A DNA stretch of 64,000 bases, taken from Elsinoe ampelina. Taxonomy: Eukaryota. A model generated the notes under the pieces. It did no database searches and was not told the origin of the DNA. It saw nothing but the letters and a program-made list of their open reading frames with translations. Of the stretch, positions 35,810 through 47,744 are shown one piece after another (the stretch's first letter is position 1; every line of letters starts with the position of its first letter). The stretch is from NCBI GenBank assembly GCA_010093995.1, contig ML992507.1:1361868-1425867 (forward strand), in the 5' to 3' direction. The translations under genes were made by a program, and so were the position numbers.

Positions 35810-37234
35810 TCAAACATGAGGTATGATCTTCAACCAATCAATCGCCACATACGCCGACGGCTCCAATGCCCTCAAACCCCAGAACGCTTCCACAAACAAG
35901 TACAACCTAGCAGACCCATAGACCAATGCCAGGCAGAACATGACCCAGAATTCGCTCTTGAGAGGAAACGGGGGCCGCCCGTCCAATTTGCTCTTCTTCT
36001 CCCTTTCGGCCTGCAATCGTTCGTACTCCTCGAGTTGGCCCCACAGTTGGAACCAGTACCGCTCGCCGCCGTTCCAGCGATACCATACCGCGACGGTCTC
36101 TACTACCCAAAAGGCGACGGTGCTGCCAACCATGATCATGCTGGAGATACGCCAGAGGATGCTCTCTGTCTGGGAAGGAAAACTCCAATTCCACGCGAAG
36201 AGGTGGATGCCAGCATATAGCAAAGTGGCGACGGAAAGAGCAGTGCTGTGGGGTAGTTCGAGCCATGGGAAGCGGTCGTTGCCGAATCGCGGGATGGGAC
36301 GCTCGAAAGGCGGGATGGGCATGTGGACGTAGGTCTGGATATTGAGCGACCAGCTGGGTTTGAGGTCGTCGATGAAGTCCAGTGGGGTCTGTTGATAGGG
36401 TCTCGCGGCTTCGTCGCCGGCGGCACAGAGGAGGTCGGAGATGCTGGTGGCCATGTGGAGCTTCATTGGTAATTTGAAGTCGACGGGCTTGTGGCGCCAG
36501 CAGAAGCTGATGGGGATGGCGCAGACTACGATGGCGAGGGCGAAGAGCTCTAGTGTGGTGATGGTTAGGTGTTGGATGCCCCGCGCCACGCATTGCAGGA
36601 TCAGGTAGGATACCTGCAGCAGTGTGATGAGCTTTGCGACGCTATCGAACTTTGATTTGTCCCAGATCTCTTCGAGGGGTATGTCGGGAAAAGGGAGGTA
36701 TCCTTGGGTGACGAGCCAGTGCAGATGAGTCGCATTGATACGAAAGGGAGGACTGTCTCTTGCGTTGAGCTCTATGCCGCCCATGTCAGCGAAGAAGGCG
36801 TGCCGCATCGTCCATTGAGGGTATCCGGCGATTTTAAATGCCTCGACAGATCTAGTTGCCGCAGCCCATTGTCCTGATGCTGCCGCAAGGACAAACTCAG
36901 GGCCTAGCATGGCAACCCCCATCCACAGAAATCTGCGAGCGAGCGGCCATACCCAAGACTCTCCGCGTGAAGGGACATTCAGACAGAGTATGGTATATGT
37001 GGCGAGAAACGTGGTGACCAAGCTCGTCCACAAGATGTCGGAGGTTCCCCGTAAGCCTGTCTCGTCCACCCACCCAGAAACCCTGCCGTCTGCTGCTATA
37101 AGCAAGCTCTGTTTGCAGACGAAAAGAGTTGACCCTTCTTGACCACACTTGCTAGCATTTTCGCTCAGAGGTGCTTCTATCGACGGACGAAAGAGAACGA
37201 AGAGAGTAAGAAGGGCCAGGTAGAATGAACTCAT
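35810..37234 (-). CDS. Uncharacterised multi-pass membrane protein of a widespread fungal family
   Basis: GWV...RGTSDILWTSL, PEFV, WTMRHAFFADMGG, IWDKSKFD..AK, ITTLEL, WRHKP, AWNWSFPSQTE..LWR and ARLYLFVE motifs. Confidence 0.75.
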   Translation of the reverse strand: MSSFYLALLTLFVLFRPSIEAPLSENASKCGQEGSTLFVCKQSLLIAADGRVSGWVDETGLRGTSDILWTSLVTTFLATYTILCLNVPSRGESWVWPLARRFLWMGVAMLGPEFVLAAASGQWAAATRSVEAFKIAGYPQWTMRHAFFADMGGIELNARDSPPFRINATHLHWLVTQGYLPFPDIPLEEIWDKSKFDSVAKLITLLQVSYLILQCVARGIQHLTITTLELFALAIVVCAIPISFCWRHKPVDFKLPMKLHMATSISDLLCAAGDEAARPYQQTPLDFIDDLKPSWSLNIQTYVHMPIPPFERPIPRFGNDRFPWLELPHSTALSVATLLYAGIHLFAWNWSFPSQTESILWRISSMIMVGSTVAFWVVETVAVWYRWNGGERYWFQLWGQLEEYERLQAEREKKSKLDGRPPFPLKSEFWVMFCLALVYGSARLYLFVEAFWGLRALEPSAYVAIDWLKIIPHV

Positions 37235-37793
37235 GATCTTGCACTAATCTGTACAAACAAAATCGCGTAGAGGGGGGATAGCTCTGAGGTTAAGAAGGCA
37301 TAGCTGTGCCGTGCAGCTGAGATACTCCACCCATCAACCCGTAGTATTGATACAGCAAGTACGCGGAGCGCTTACTGTATGCAGCCCAGCAGACCTAATG
37401 CATGTTCTGAAACCCAATAATCAATACGTGCAGAAACAAGTTTGTTCCACAGAGACAAGGTAAACTGGCCATTTCACCGTGAACTGGTCATCAGCTGAAG
37501 AGGTACATCATGATTGAGCAGCTGACTGTGTGGTTCTCGAAAAATTCTGCATCGCTGAGTAGTGTCTCGACATGGAATACCTTATATCAAGTATGTGAAG
37601 AGAATGGAGCGAAGGAGAGCGGACAAGGCTCGGTGGATTGGGAGACTGCCGGGGTCGTTTCTTGGCGCTTCTGCAGCCTAAATTCACAGGCAATTTTTGG
37701 TGTATTTACGGGTTTTATGAGCAATTAAGCAATCTGATCGATTTAAAAACATGAAGCTGAAAAAAGGTGTTGTTAAAACTCTGTAAAGGCTCT

Positions 37794-39150
37794 TTACTAC
37801 AGCGTATAAAGGCTGTTATGCCTTATGCTCTCCCTTATACGCTCTAGTAGTATAGTCTCTACTAGCTTGTTAATCTCCTTCTAGTTAATCCTCTCCTATT
37901 TGTACCTAATAGCTGCCTTTAATTCGTCGACTAAGGTATAGTAGTAGTTCTTAACACGTTATTTAAGGATCCTCTACACATTCTTAATAATGTTAAAGTT
38001 AGGTAACTAAGGGCAATTAGCGTACTAGTAAAAGCCTCTATACCTCTCTAGATAAGCCTTATATTGCGCTACAATGTTGTTTTTAGTTCTTGTGCTATAA
38101 CTACTATTATTGTCCTCGAGAAGCATAAAGAGCTAGTGCTTTACTTTAGCCTTAAGCTATGCCGGTTCGATATAAGGGTAGAGGATCTTAGATTCTTAGT
38201 AAGGTACTATACTTATATAAGGTTACTAGTAGCCTTTAAAGAGCAATAATTAGGCTTGTAATAAGGGTGCTTATAAGCCTCCTTATTGTAATAGCAGTGC
38301 TTACACATTAAAGGCCTTATATCACCGAGTATAGAGTAGTTAAGTAGGTTAATACTATACTCTTTAGAGTATAGTAATTATAACGTGACTTTTCGTGAAA
38401 TTTTCGTGTTTTTTGATGTTTTTACGTGTATTAGTAAGCTCCTTTTATAATCTAAAGTATTTTTTCTATACTATAAAAAAATCTACATTTTTTGGTACTA
38501 CTTTCGCTTACGTAATCCTAGATCCTGATTTTTAGAAGAAGAAAGAAATTTGAAATCACTACTAAAAATCAGGATCTAAGATTACATAAGCAAAAATAGT
38601 ACTAAAAAATGCAGAATTTTTGATAGTATAGACAAGATATCTTTATTAGTAAAATACGCTTACTAATACACGTTAAAATATTAAAAAAACACGAAAATTT
38701 CACGAAAAGTTACATTGTAATTACTATACTCTAAAGAGTATAGTATTAACCCACTTAACCACCCTAACCGAGTAACTAGCGCTCTTTCTCCTCCGTCTCA
38801 ACTGCTGGTTCTAGTGACATCTCTTCGGTGTTAATATAGTTATAGATAAAAGCTATACTCTTAGACTTATTATTAGAGTTAAAGAATACTATATCTAACT
38901 TATAGCTATAACTAACTATAGCCTAGTAGTGTAGCTAACTTCCTTATGCCCTCTTCTTAAACTAGATATAAGTCTTATAGTAGCGCTCCTTCTTATTATA
39001 GATAATAACTATAGCCCTCTATAACTCTATTAAGAAGTGTACTTTATCTATAAACTATACTACTCTCTAGAACCTCTATAGCTTAGTATAGTACTCCTTG
39101 TAAAAGGCCTATTACGCCTTTTTAACTGCTTTTTTTAAGTAGCTCTTTAT
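37794..39150 (-). pseudogene. RIP-inactivated, 5'-truncated Tc1/mariner-type DDE transposase
   Basis: Reversing C>T/G>A changes gives F(T)D(E)VHF at about 39046, LLEDN(D)S(GHG) at about 38112, NCP(QS)P(D)FNII(E)NV(W)RILK at about 37960-38020, and a Tc1-like C-terminus. Many TAG/TAA stops. Confidence 0.85.
38332..38766. mobile_element. hAT-type foldback MITE (435 bp) inserted in the Tc1 relic
   Basis: About 204-bp inverted arms (38332-38535 and 38562-38766) with a 26-nt spacer, TAGRGTRG termini, and an exact 8-bp TSD ACCGAGTA (38324-38331, 38767-38774). Confidence 0.88.
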
Positions 39151-39598
39151 AGTAATAAAAAGCATATAGCAATACGATTATTTCGAGCACTTACACGCCC
39201 CATTTGATGTAGTGTTAGTGGAGTTATTAATTTATGAAGAAGTCGTGAGGTAGAGTTGTATACAAAAGTAAGCAATTTACCCCGGCAACCTCCTAATCCA
39301 CCGAGCCTTGGGAGAAATCGCACAAGAGACATGGACAGATTCGGACTATTCTCAGCCAATCAAACAGGCTGCTGTCCCTCCATGACCCGCTCAGCTGCAG
39401 CCAACCAAGACTGCTTCGTCTAATTTCGTGTCATGCTGGCGCTTAGAGGTGCTTGACGATTGCGGCGTGGCCATGTGTCTTGTGCAGCGACATGCCAGGT
39501 AAGAATGTATTTTATAGACCCCGAGATCACCCTTACTAGACTCCCAATATCCTTTGAGCTCTTCATCACGTCTCACACGTATGCTACGCCACACCGCA

Positions 39599-40567
39599 AT
39601 GCCAGACGCGGACGATCAGAAACGTTTGCTCTCGACAGATAGCTCTGAGCGTCACAGCACTCCGCAGGGCAGTCGGCGACTCGTCAAATTTGAGGATATA
39701 CCACCATGGTACCAGGAGAACGAGTTTATCCAGGCCGGCTACCGACCGGTATCTGGGTCAATAAAGGAGTGTTTCCAGAGCTGGACCTACATCCACAATG
39801 AGACGTTCAACATTTTCAGTCATTTGGTACCAGCTGCTCTCACAGTCTCGTCTCTCTTTGGAGCCGATCGACTGTTCTTGACCTTCTATCCTCAAGCCAA
39901 CCTCAAGGATCGAGCTGTCCTTACCTTTTACCTTCTCTGTGTGTCCACCTGCTTCGGCTTGTCGGCGCTATACCACACAATGATGAACCACTCGGCACGT
40001 TATTCGCATACCTGGGGCAACGTAGATTACTGCGGCATCATGGTCTTGATTTTCGGCGACTTCATCACGGGCGAATACGTAGGCTTCTACTGCGAGCCAC
40101 ACTTACAGAATTTGTATTGGACGCTTGTAAGCTTCCATTGATCACCCGCTGTGGCGAGGGACCGATTGACTGACCGCGTACAGATAACAAGCTTCACAGC
40201 CATGACGGCATACATCGTCCTCAACCCCAAATATCAATCCCCGGCTCACCGGCTTCTGCGGCTGTTTTCATTCACCTCTTTGGGACTGTCCGCATTCGCG
40301 CCCATCGTGCACGCTCTGATCCTCTTCGACGCCCAAGAGCTGGCTTTGCGTTCTGGACTCAACTACTACTATGCCGAGGGCGCCATAGTGCTCATGGCAG
40401 TGATTATCTATGCTTGCCGATACCCGGAGAAAGCGAGCCCTGGATCATTTGATACCTGGGGAGCGAGCCACGGTATCTTTCATGTCCTGGTTGTTGTGGC
40501 GACGATGGTCCATTTCAGGGGAGTCTGGACTGCTTACGAGGTCAATTACAACAGCAGTCGCTGTTGA
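39599..40567 (+). CDS. PAQR / haemolysin-III family (IZH-like) membrane receptor; 2 exons (intron 40127-40183)
   Basis: PPWYQENEFIQAGYRP, HNETFNIFSHL, SALYHTMMNHS, DYCGI and PEKASPGSFDTWGASHGIFHV. Confidence 0.92.
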
Positions 40568-40976
40568 CTTGGCGGGCCGAAGCCCATCTTCAAGGGGTCA
40601 TTCGTCGGTGTGGTTCCACTATGCTCCTACCTCTGCTAGTAGCCCCTCCTGGTATACCAAACCTGGCATCCTTGCCGACGCCTCGCCTGAAAGTTGACCT
40701 GGCAAGACCTCTTAAGCATTCGGTAACACCAGAATCTTCTGAGCCGCCAAATGGTACACCCTCTAGCACGTAATCCGACTCTGAGTGGAAGGCACTACCA
40801 CTACCGTCAAGCCTGGTGGTACCATCGCAAAGCTCTCTGGCCAAGATTTGCGCATCAAGTCAGTCCGTTGTCCAGTCCAGACCGACCCCAGCCAAAATCT
40901 CCCATTTTTAACGGAGGCAACACGTTCAGCGCCATCGGTGGCTTCCGCGTCACAGCTTCAACAAGACCCTCGCCAA

Positions 40977-43900
40977 TCACTCCCACCACCCCTCACCCAA
41001 TCCCCCCAGAAAGTCCGCACTCACCCCGACCCAACTCTTCCAAGGATCCACCTCCAACCTCCACGGCCTCGTCTGCACCGCCCACACCGCCAACGTAGTC
41101 AACAATTTACACTCGTCCCGATCCCTGGTCAGCACCAACAGCCTATCCCTCTTCACCACCACCCTCCCTCGGAAATACCACTCATACTCCTCCACCCGGC
41201 CCCTCAGCGTATGATGCACACTCCACTCACTAGATGGCATATCCTTGGGCACAAACTTCCACTCCCACATCCTGCCCTGGCTGTCTGAGAAGCTTGTCCT
41301 GGAGCGGTTGTGGTACCCCAGCATCAGGGGGTAGAAGTGCGGGGCGGACCAAATCCTAAGGACAGAGAAGACGGCGTTGGGGTGGGAGGTGGCGAAGCGT
41401 GCGGCTTGCTCGGGGAAGGGGTCGATGCTGAATGGATCCTGGAGGTCGCGGGCCATACGTACGTCGGAATTGTGGTGGCGCCAATCGAAGTATAGGTCGG
41501 GTTTGCCTGGGCGGAGGGGCTCGGTGAGGCAGATGGCCATACCGCTTGCGCCGGGGTTGTAGGAGTTGACGATGACGCCTTCGCGGTAGAGGTGGGCGAT
41601 AGTGGGGCGGGTGATGGGTTCCCAGTGCTGGGGGAGGATTTTGAAGAGGGTCTGGTCTGTTTGGCGAGTCTTCATGACAGTGTCCCATTCGGTCCAGTGG
41701 GCTTTTGGTCGATAGCGGCAAGAGTGTGGCGAGCGATGATCGGGAGGGGTCTTGGCTCGTTGTTCTTGGTTGAGGATATCGGTGTGCTTGAATGGTAGTC
41801 CGGCCGGGGTGTTGAAGAAGGATCGGTAGCCACCGAAGAAGACCTGGCAGAGGTTGTATGCAAAGTACATGTCGCGGACCACTTTGTGATGACAATCGTC
41901 TGGGACTCCAAGCTCGTCCATTAGGTCCTCAACGGCGATGTCTGTGCGAACTGTACATGCTGGACCACCTCCTTTTTGATCTGGATCGGCCCACTTGTGA
42001 AGCGCTTTCATCATCGTGGAGTACTCTGACCATCGGACCTGCGCACCAGGTTCCAAGTCGGCCTTGTGCCAGCAGTCTTTGAAGCCTGGTAGTGTCAGCG
42101 ACTCAACCTATCAGTCTTTGCCATCCACCTCAATTGTCAAATGAAGCTGCAAAGGAAAGCGAGACTTACAAGCAGCTTTCTCGCGGTCCATGTAAAGCTC
42201 GAACTCATCGCTCATCTCTGCATGCGCCTGTGCCTTCTCCTGGGATTTGGTGAGCTTGCGTGGCTTCTTGCGCTTCTTGGCCATCGCTGATGACGCTGCT
42301 GGCACAGCTGCCAGACTCTTTGTCTTCTTTTCCTGCTCCATTTCGTACTTTCTCATGACGGCTCTGGTCAACAACTCTGTCGCATCCTCACCAGGAATGA
42401 TATTGACCTCCCGCAAGTTCTCCCACAATTCGTGCCAGCTCTCAGCTCCAGGGAATCCAAACTTAATGGTTGCTTCCTTCAAGCAGTCGGTGTCCTCTGC
42501 ATCCGTGGCTGGTAGTGAAGACTGCATACGTTTCAGTATGGCTTCTTTGGGTGTTGCTCCTAGCTCCACGTCACGGAAGCTATCATCCGACTTAATATCG
42601 TCATCAGAGTCACTTTCTTGCTCATCCTCCCAATCTTCATCTTGCAAAGCCTCGGGATGAGCATCACCATCGATACCTTCGTCGGGCAGCTTGACGATGG
42701 ACCGGACGTGGTCGCAATCATTGTCGCAATCCGAATCGCAGTCCGAAGGGAGTTTCTCATCGGTATCGAGGTTGAAGACAAATCGCTTCATGACGTACTT
42801 GATACTGTTTTCGAAGCGATGCATCTTGCGCTGTGTCACAAGCTCCTTTGTCTCTTCGTTCTCGATTTTGCGCAGACTAGCATTAGACCTCTCATCAACT
42901 GTGGTGGCTTTGGAGGGCGACGCAGGGCTGTCTGTTCCTTCTACTAATTCTCCAGCTACTGCATTACCAGAGGCGGTGCCATTGCTGCCAGCTTGTCCAG
43001 TGTCAATTACCACGCCCCGGCTGTCGTGTCTTTGGCTGTGGAGGTCCTGACCGTCTGCAATCGTGTCACTACGGCCTGTTGATTCATTACCATTGATCAT
43101 GCTGGTAGGATGAGCAGTCTGCTCCCATGGGAAGAGGATCTGATCCTCGAGCATGTCTGCCTCTGAGTACTTCCACATTTCTGGTAGTTGGTACGACTCT
43201 ACATGCTCTTGAGGGGCACCGTCTCTATCGACCGACACGGAGAAGTGGCGCATTTGGAACCTGGTATCATCGGAGTTGAGAATATCCCTGCTGGGTTTAG
43301 TCTCGACTCACCACTGGGGAATATCTGCTTACCATAGACTCTTCTCGCCAGGCTTCACGTCTCGCGTCCGACCGGTCTCCTCGTCTTGAACAATTGTCTT
43401 CAAGACTGACCCCGATGGTCGGTACAGATCAACACCAACTTGGAATCGGCGTGCCTTGACAAGAGTGGTCTGAACATCGTTGTAGAGGTCCGAAAAGTTG
43501 TTACCTGGCTCATTATCCCAGATGACGACGTCGTAATACTCGGAGAAGTTGAAGTGCCACGAGCGCATTTCATCCATCTCTTCAAAAAACTCAGTGTCCA
43601 CTTTTTTCAGCACATTCCACTCATTTCGTGATGCACGTCCAAGGCCTGACTTCTCTCGCGCGATCCAGCATTGATCTTTGGGCGGCCCAGCGAGGATTCT
43701 TCCTGTCTTGACGTCCCGGACAGTGACGAGCAGGAGTGAGCTCTGCATGACCAGATACTGTATGAAGCGGCGAGATACAGGGTCGTTACGCTTCAAGCAA
43801 CCACATATGAAATTGCGAGACTCGAAGTGGGCATGTTGGCGTACAGCGTTGCCACGAGAGCCTGTCTGATGATGTCTGGTGAAGTGATCTGCTCGTCCCA

Positions 43901-45771
43901 CCTCATAGTATGGGATGAAGCCCTGTACGAACTTAGTGTTGTCTGTAGCAACAGATTGATGTACCTACCAGCTGAAGAAGCTGCTGGTGGGATTGATCAC
44001 CCACCCAGGTTGTCCAGTTACCTAGTGGAAAGTACTGGTAGAGAGCAAGGATACTGAGCTCGAAGAACTCGTCCCAATTGCGACAAAATCCAACGGCATC
44101 GAAGAGCGAGCAGTCTTTTGCAAGCACAGAGAATTGTAACCACCCACCCCTTGACATGGCTTTCTCGCTAGGATAGTTGTAGATATACCTACCACAAACC
44201 TTGACGCGAATCTTTTTGATGTGATACTGACCTCGATCATCAATATCTCCAAAGTCGATTATAGTACCGGCAGGTTCTTCCGTGTCAACTCTGTGTCTGC
44301 GATTCTTCATTACTCTTTCACGAAAGGTCTGGTAGTATCGTGGCATGTCGTGGTGAGACTTGACATCGTACCGCATGCCACGTCTGTGGACGAGATCGTC
44401 ATCCACCGAATCTTCTTCCTCCTGTTCGCCCCGGTCGAGGTCGGCACAGGCATCGCGAAGTGACTGCAGGTCCGGCTGTTCGACCTTCAAGCAGAGATCA
44501 CGCAATTCAGTGTTTGTGACTTCCTCGTCCGCTAGAAATTCATCAATGCTGTTGCAGCGAAGAGCGATGGGAAGGAGAGTGGCATGTTTCAGAACAAGCC
44601 GGCAGAACAGCAGCTGCTTGATGTCAACAAGCTGCCGTTCCAGTATATCGATCTCGTCTTCTGGCATGGGTGGTATGGAGTCCGTTTCAAGATTCTCCAT
44701 TGTTCCCGAGATATGCCAGCCGTGCGCTCTTTTGATCTTGGAGCCATTCCGGGTTCTGCTGCGAAGTTCCTCCCTGCTCTCAACATGGACATCTCCTGGC
44801 TTGACAGCGGGCTCCTGCGATGTGGCAGGGACGAGAGCCTTGTTGGCCTTTTGGCGTGCACGCTTCTTTGCCGCTTTGCTTTTTGGTCCATCGCCAGTAG
44901 TCGCAGCGCTTTCCTCGGTTGGTTTCGCGCCATTCTGTTCTTCCGAAAGCGGTGGACGGGATGCTGGTAGTTCCACAGAGCCATTCTTTCGCTCTACCTC
45001 TCGGTCCACTGACTGCCAGAGAAAGACACGAATAAGGTCCACATAGTTGCCTCTTTCGTCCTCGACTGAGTCTTCGATTGGATCCCATTGTTCATCGACA
45101 GTTTCCTCATCCAGCCGAGCTCTCTCCTCATATGCGTTGTTCAGAAACTCGTCTTGATTCTTCTGTTGCTCTTTGGTTCGAAGCTCTTGGAGCCTCGCTG
45201 CTAGCTCTTTCCAGTGTCTGCGCATCAAAGCAGCTTCCTGCTTTACCTTCTTCTTCTCGGCGTCCCTGGCAGCTTCTTCCTCATCCTCGAGCTGACGAAC
45301 CCACTTGAACCATTTTTGCTTCTCGTATAGTAGCTCAGCATTTCGCCTTTCGAGACGTTCAAGTGCTCGAAGAGCAGCATGCCTCTGGCCTTGCAGAAGC
45401 TCCAGGTACTTTTCGTGGCCGTAGTCCAGCTCCAGCGCATAAAATCGCGAGTGATGTAATTTGCGCGCTCGAATGACTCTGTCTAGCAGAGCATAGCGCT
45501 TTAGAAGATGGTCGTGGAGTTCTTTGAGCTCTTTCTCGTCTTCTATCGATGTGAAGTCCACCTTGCCAAGTGGCAAGTCGCCTTGGGAAGCTAGAAACGG
45601 CGGAGGATGCTCCACAAGATAGTCCAGCTGAGCATTGCGCCTCTTGTATCCCTTGTACAGCCCGTAGACCTGACGAGCGTGGAAGGGGCAGAACAGGCCG
45701 TTGACATTGGTTGCTGCATCGTTGCATCTTTGCTCGTCAGACAAGTTCAAAGCCTGACAAGTAGAAGCCAT
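40977..45771 (-). CDS. Large (about 1500 aa) conserved fungal protein of unknown function; 4 exons
   Basis: Introns 43923-43968, 43288-43332 and 42086-42169 join four long ORFs in frame. N-terminal C..C..FC.FH cluster, coiled coil, and a C-terminal WSAPHFYPLM/WKFVPKDMP/QTRPWRLE domain. Confidence 0.75.
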
Positions 45772-46717
45772 GATTGACGACACGGCTGCGTGAACAGTCG
45801 AGGGTGGTCCTCACAGTTGAAGATCTCTGAGCTTCGGGAGCTCGAATCTCAATGAAGCTCAAGCTTTCACTGACGCGACGCGATGAACCCACTTGACAGG
45901 GTCCCATCACCAAAACTACCAGAACCTGATGGTGGCATATCTTCCTTCTTTTATATAGTTGAAGATGCTTCCAGACCTGGTAGTATAGTAGAAGGCACTA
46001 ACAGCTTTCACACCCCGGTAAGCTGTATAGTTCAACGCCTGGCAGTTGGTATAAAAAGCTCCGAAACGTTGGCCCCACATTGGGAGCAGCCAACTGGCAT
46101 TCAAAAAGAAGGAACCTCCTCCCTTATTTATTTTTCATTTATCCTCACTAAACTATCGAGATTCATATGATGCATCTTCTGTGAGCCCACGGAGACTGGC
46201 ATTCATGTAGATCGAGCTCCAAAGTCGTGCTACTCCTCGTGAGCGAAACATGGTAGACGTGGATATGCGTGCGATCGTGCCATGCGAGACGGCATTCGAA
46301 GGGAACCCTGGGCACCGGCCGTGAGGGCAGTACTCCTATCTATGTCTCTTCGTTACACTACAGCGTGTTCCTCGTGGTGACTTGGAGCCACACAGAATCG
46401 TGAGTAGAGATTGTCATTCTGCTTCTACTGAACTATCATACGGTATTGGGAACATGTAGATATTGCAGCGTGCAGATGGAAAGGCAGAAACTATAGTTGT
46501 CTATCCAGCATACCGACTGGGAACATGTGACGATCTCGTGCAGACGGAAAGTCCCAATTTCACATGCTGGAGAGCGAGAACGGAGGCACGACGACTCGCT
46601 GGCCTCCTCGCGTACCAGCGCATCTATAAAATCTCTTCCTCCGACTCACGAACCTCAACTTCTTACATTTACGAAATCATCAGCATTTTCGAATCATATT
46701 ACATCAAGACAGTCACC

Positions 46718-47744
46718 ATGGGTTCTAAGAAAGCTAAGAACGCCGAAGAACAGCCCATGAGCAAGAGAGCAAAGAAGAAGCTCAAGCAAGAGCAGCAGGC
46801 CCAAGCTGCACAGGCCGCACTCCCAGCTGCTAAAACGCAGACTGTAGTCAACAAAGACACCGAGAAACCTCAGCAAGCGTCCTCCGGCACTGTAAGTATT
46901 TTTCCGATCTCTTCTCTTACTGACTGCTGACCTCTCGTAGACAAAGAAGTCCAAGCAGAAGAAAGCTAAGGAGGCTGCCACTACCCAGCCAGCTGCGCCC
47001 GCTCAGCAGCACGACCAGCCTTCTCAGCAGCACGACCAGCCTTCTCAGCAGCACGACCAGCCTTTCAGTTTCGCCAAGTTGCAGTCGGCCTCAACCTATG
47101 TGCCTGGTTTCACCTCTGACGTTAAGGCCAGCAATGCAGTACTGCCTCAAGCTCCCGCGCCCGCTATCAAGGCGACAAAGCGCAAGTTCTCTTCCTCTTC
47201 CTCTTCCGGACCCGACAGCGACTCAGACCACTCCGGACGTCTTGTTGCCAAAGCACCAAGGGTGGACAAGAGTGCGTCTGCGTCTGCGTCTGCATCTCCA
47301 TCTCCTTCAGTCTCTTCCGTGGTCTCCACCTCTAGCGAGGATGATGGACCAATCGATATTTTCACGAGGGCTGAGAGGGGACTCGCTGAAGTCGCTGCGC
47401 GTACCGGTCTCGTCGGCAAGAATTTCCGCGACCCCAACACTTTCATCACTGCCAGTGACACGAAGAACACTCACGCCAAGAGCGCACCTAACAATCAACA
47501 GAGCGAAGGGAAGTCTCGCGTCCATGCTGGAGGAGATCACGCAGCTCTGGTCGCTCATGACGCGGAAGGGGATGCCGGCAACGACAAGCAGGTGATGCAG
47601 ATCCATGGGTCGGACAAGGTCACTCTAGCTGATGCTTTGTTCGAAGTCAACAAGAACTTGTTCGGCTTGAGCAAGGGGTTCGTTGACCTCAACCAGAATC
47701 TGGTCAAGTTGACTAAGGTCTTGGGGGAGTTGAGGAGGGGCTAG
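46718..47744 (+). CDS. Hypothetical Lys/Ser-rich low-complexity protein; 2 exons (intron 46892-46940)
   Basis: ATG in good context (CACCATGG). A canonical intron joins it in frame to ORF 47079-47744; the C-terminus looks coiled-coil-like. Confidence 0.65.
47002..47064 (+). repeat. 21-bp x3 coding tandem repeat (QQHDQPS)
   Basis: CTCAGCAGCACGACCAGCCTT occurs three times exactly. Confidence 0.95.

Larger units (their letters stand above)
37624..39310. mobile_element. Composite TIR element: 32-bp terminal inverted repeats enclosing a RIP-degraded AT-rich interior
   Basis: 37624-37655 CAAGGCTCGGTGGATTGGGAGACTGCCGGGGT matches the reverse complement of 39279-39310 at 29/32 positions. GGA flanks both ends (possible 3-bp TSD). 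Confidence 0.65.

Noticed and set aside
38332..38766. Possible CRISPR array or structured ncRNA gene
   Set aside because: Eukaryotic context, no repeat-spacer periodicity; TIR plus 8-bp TSD explains it as a MITE.
45900..46170. Mildly TA-rich intergenic patch, possible RIP remnant
   Set aside because: No TIR, TSD or transposase motif could be recovered by eye.
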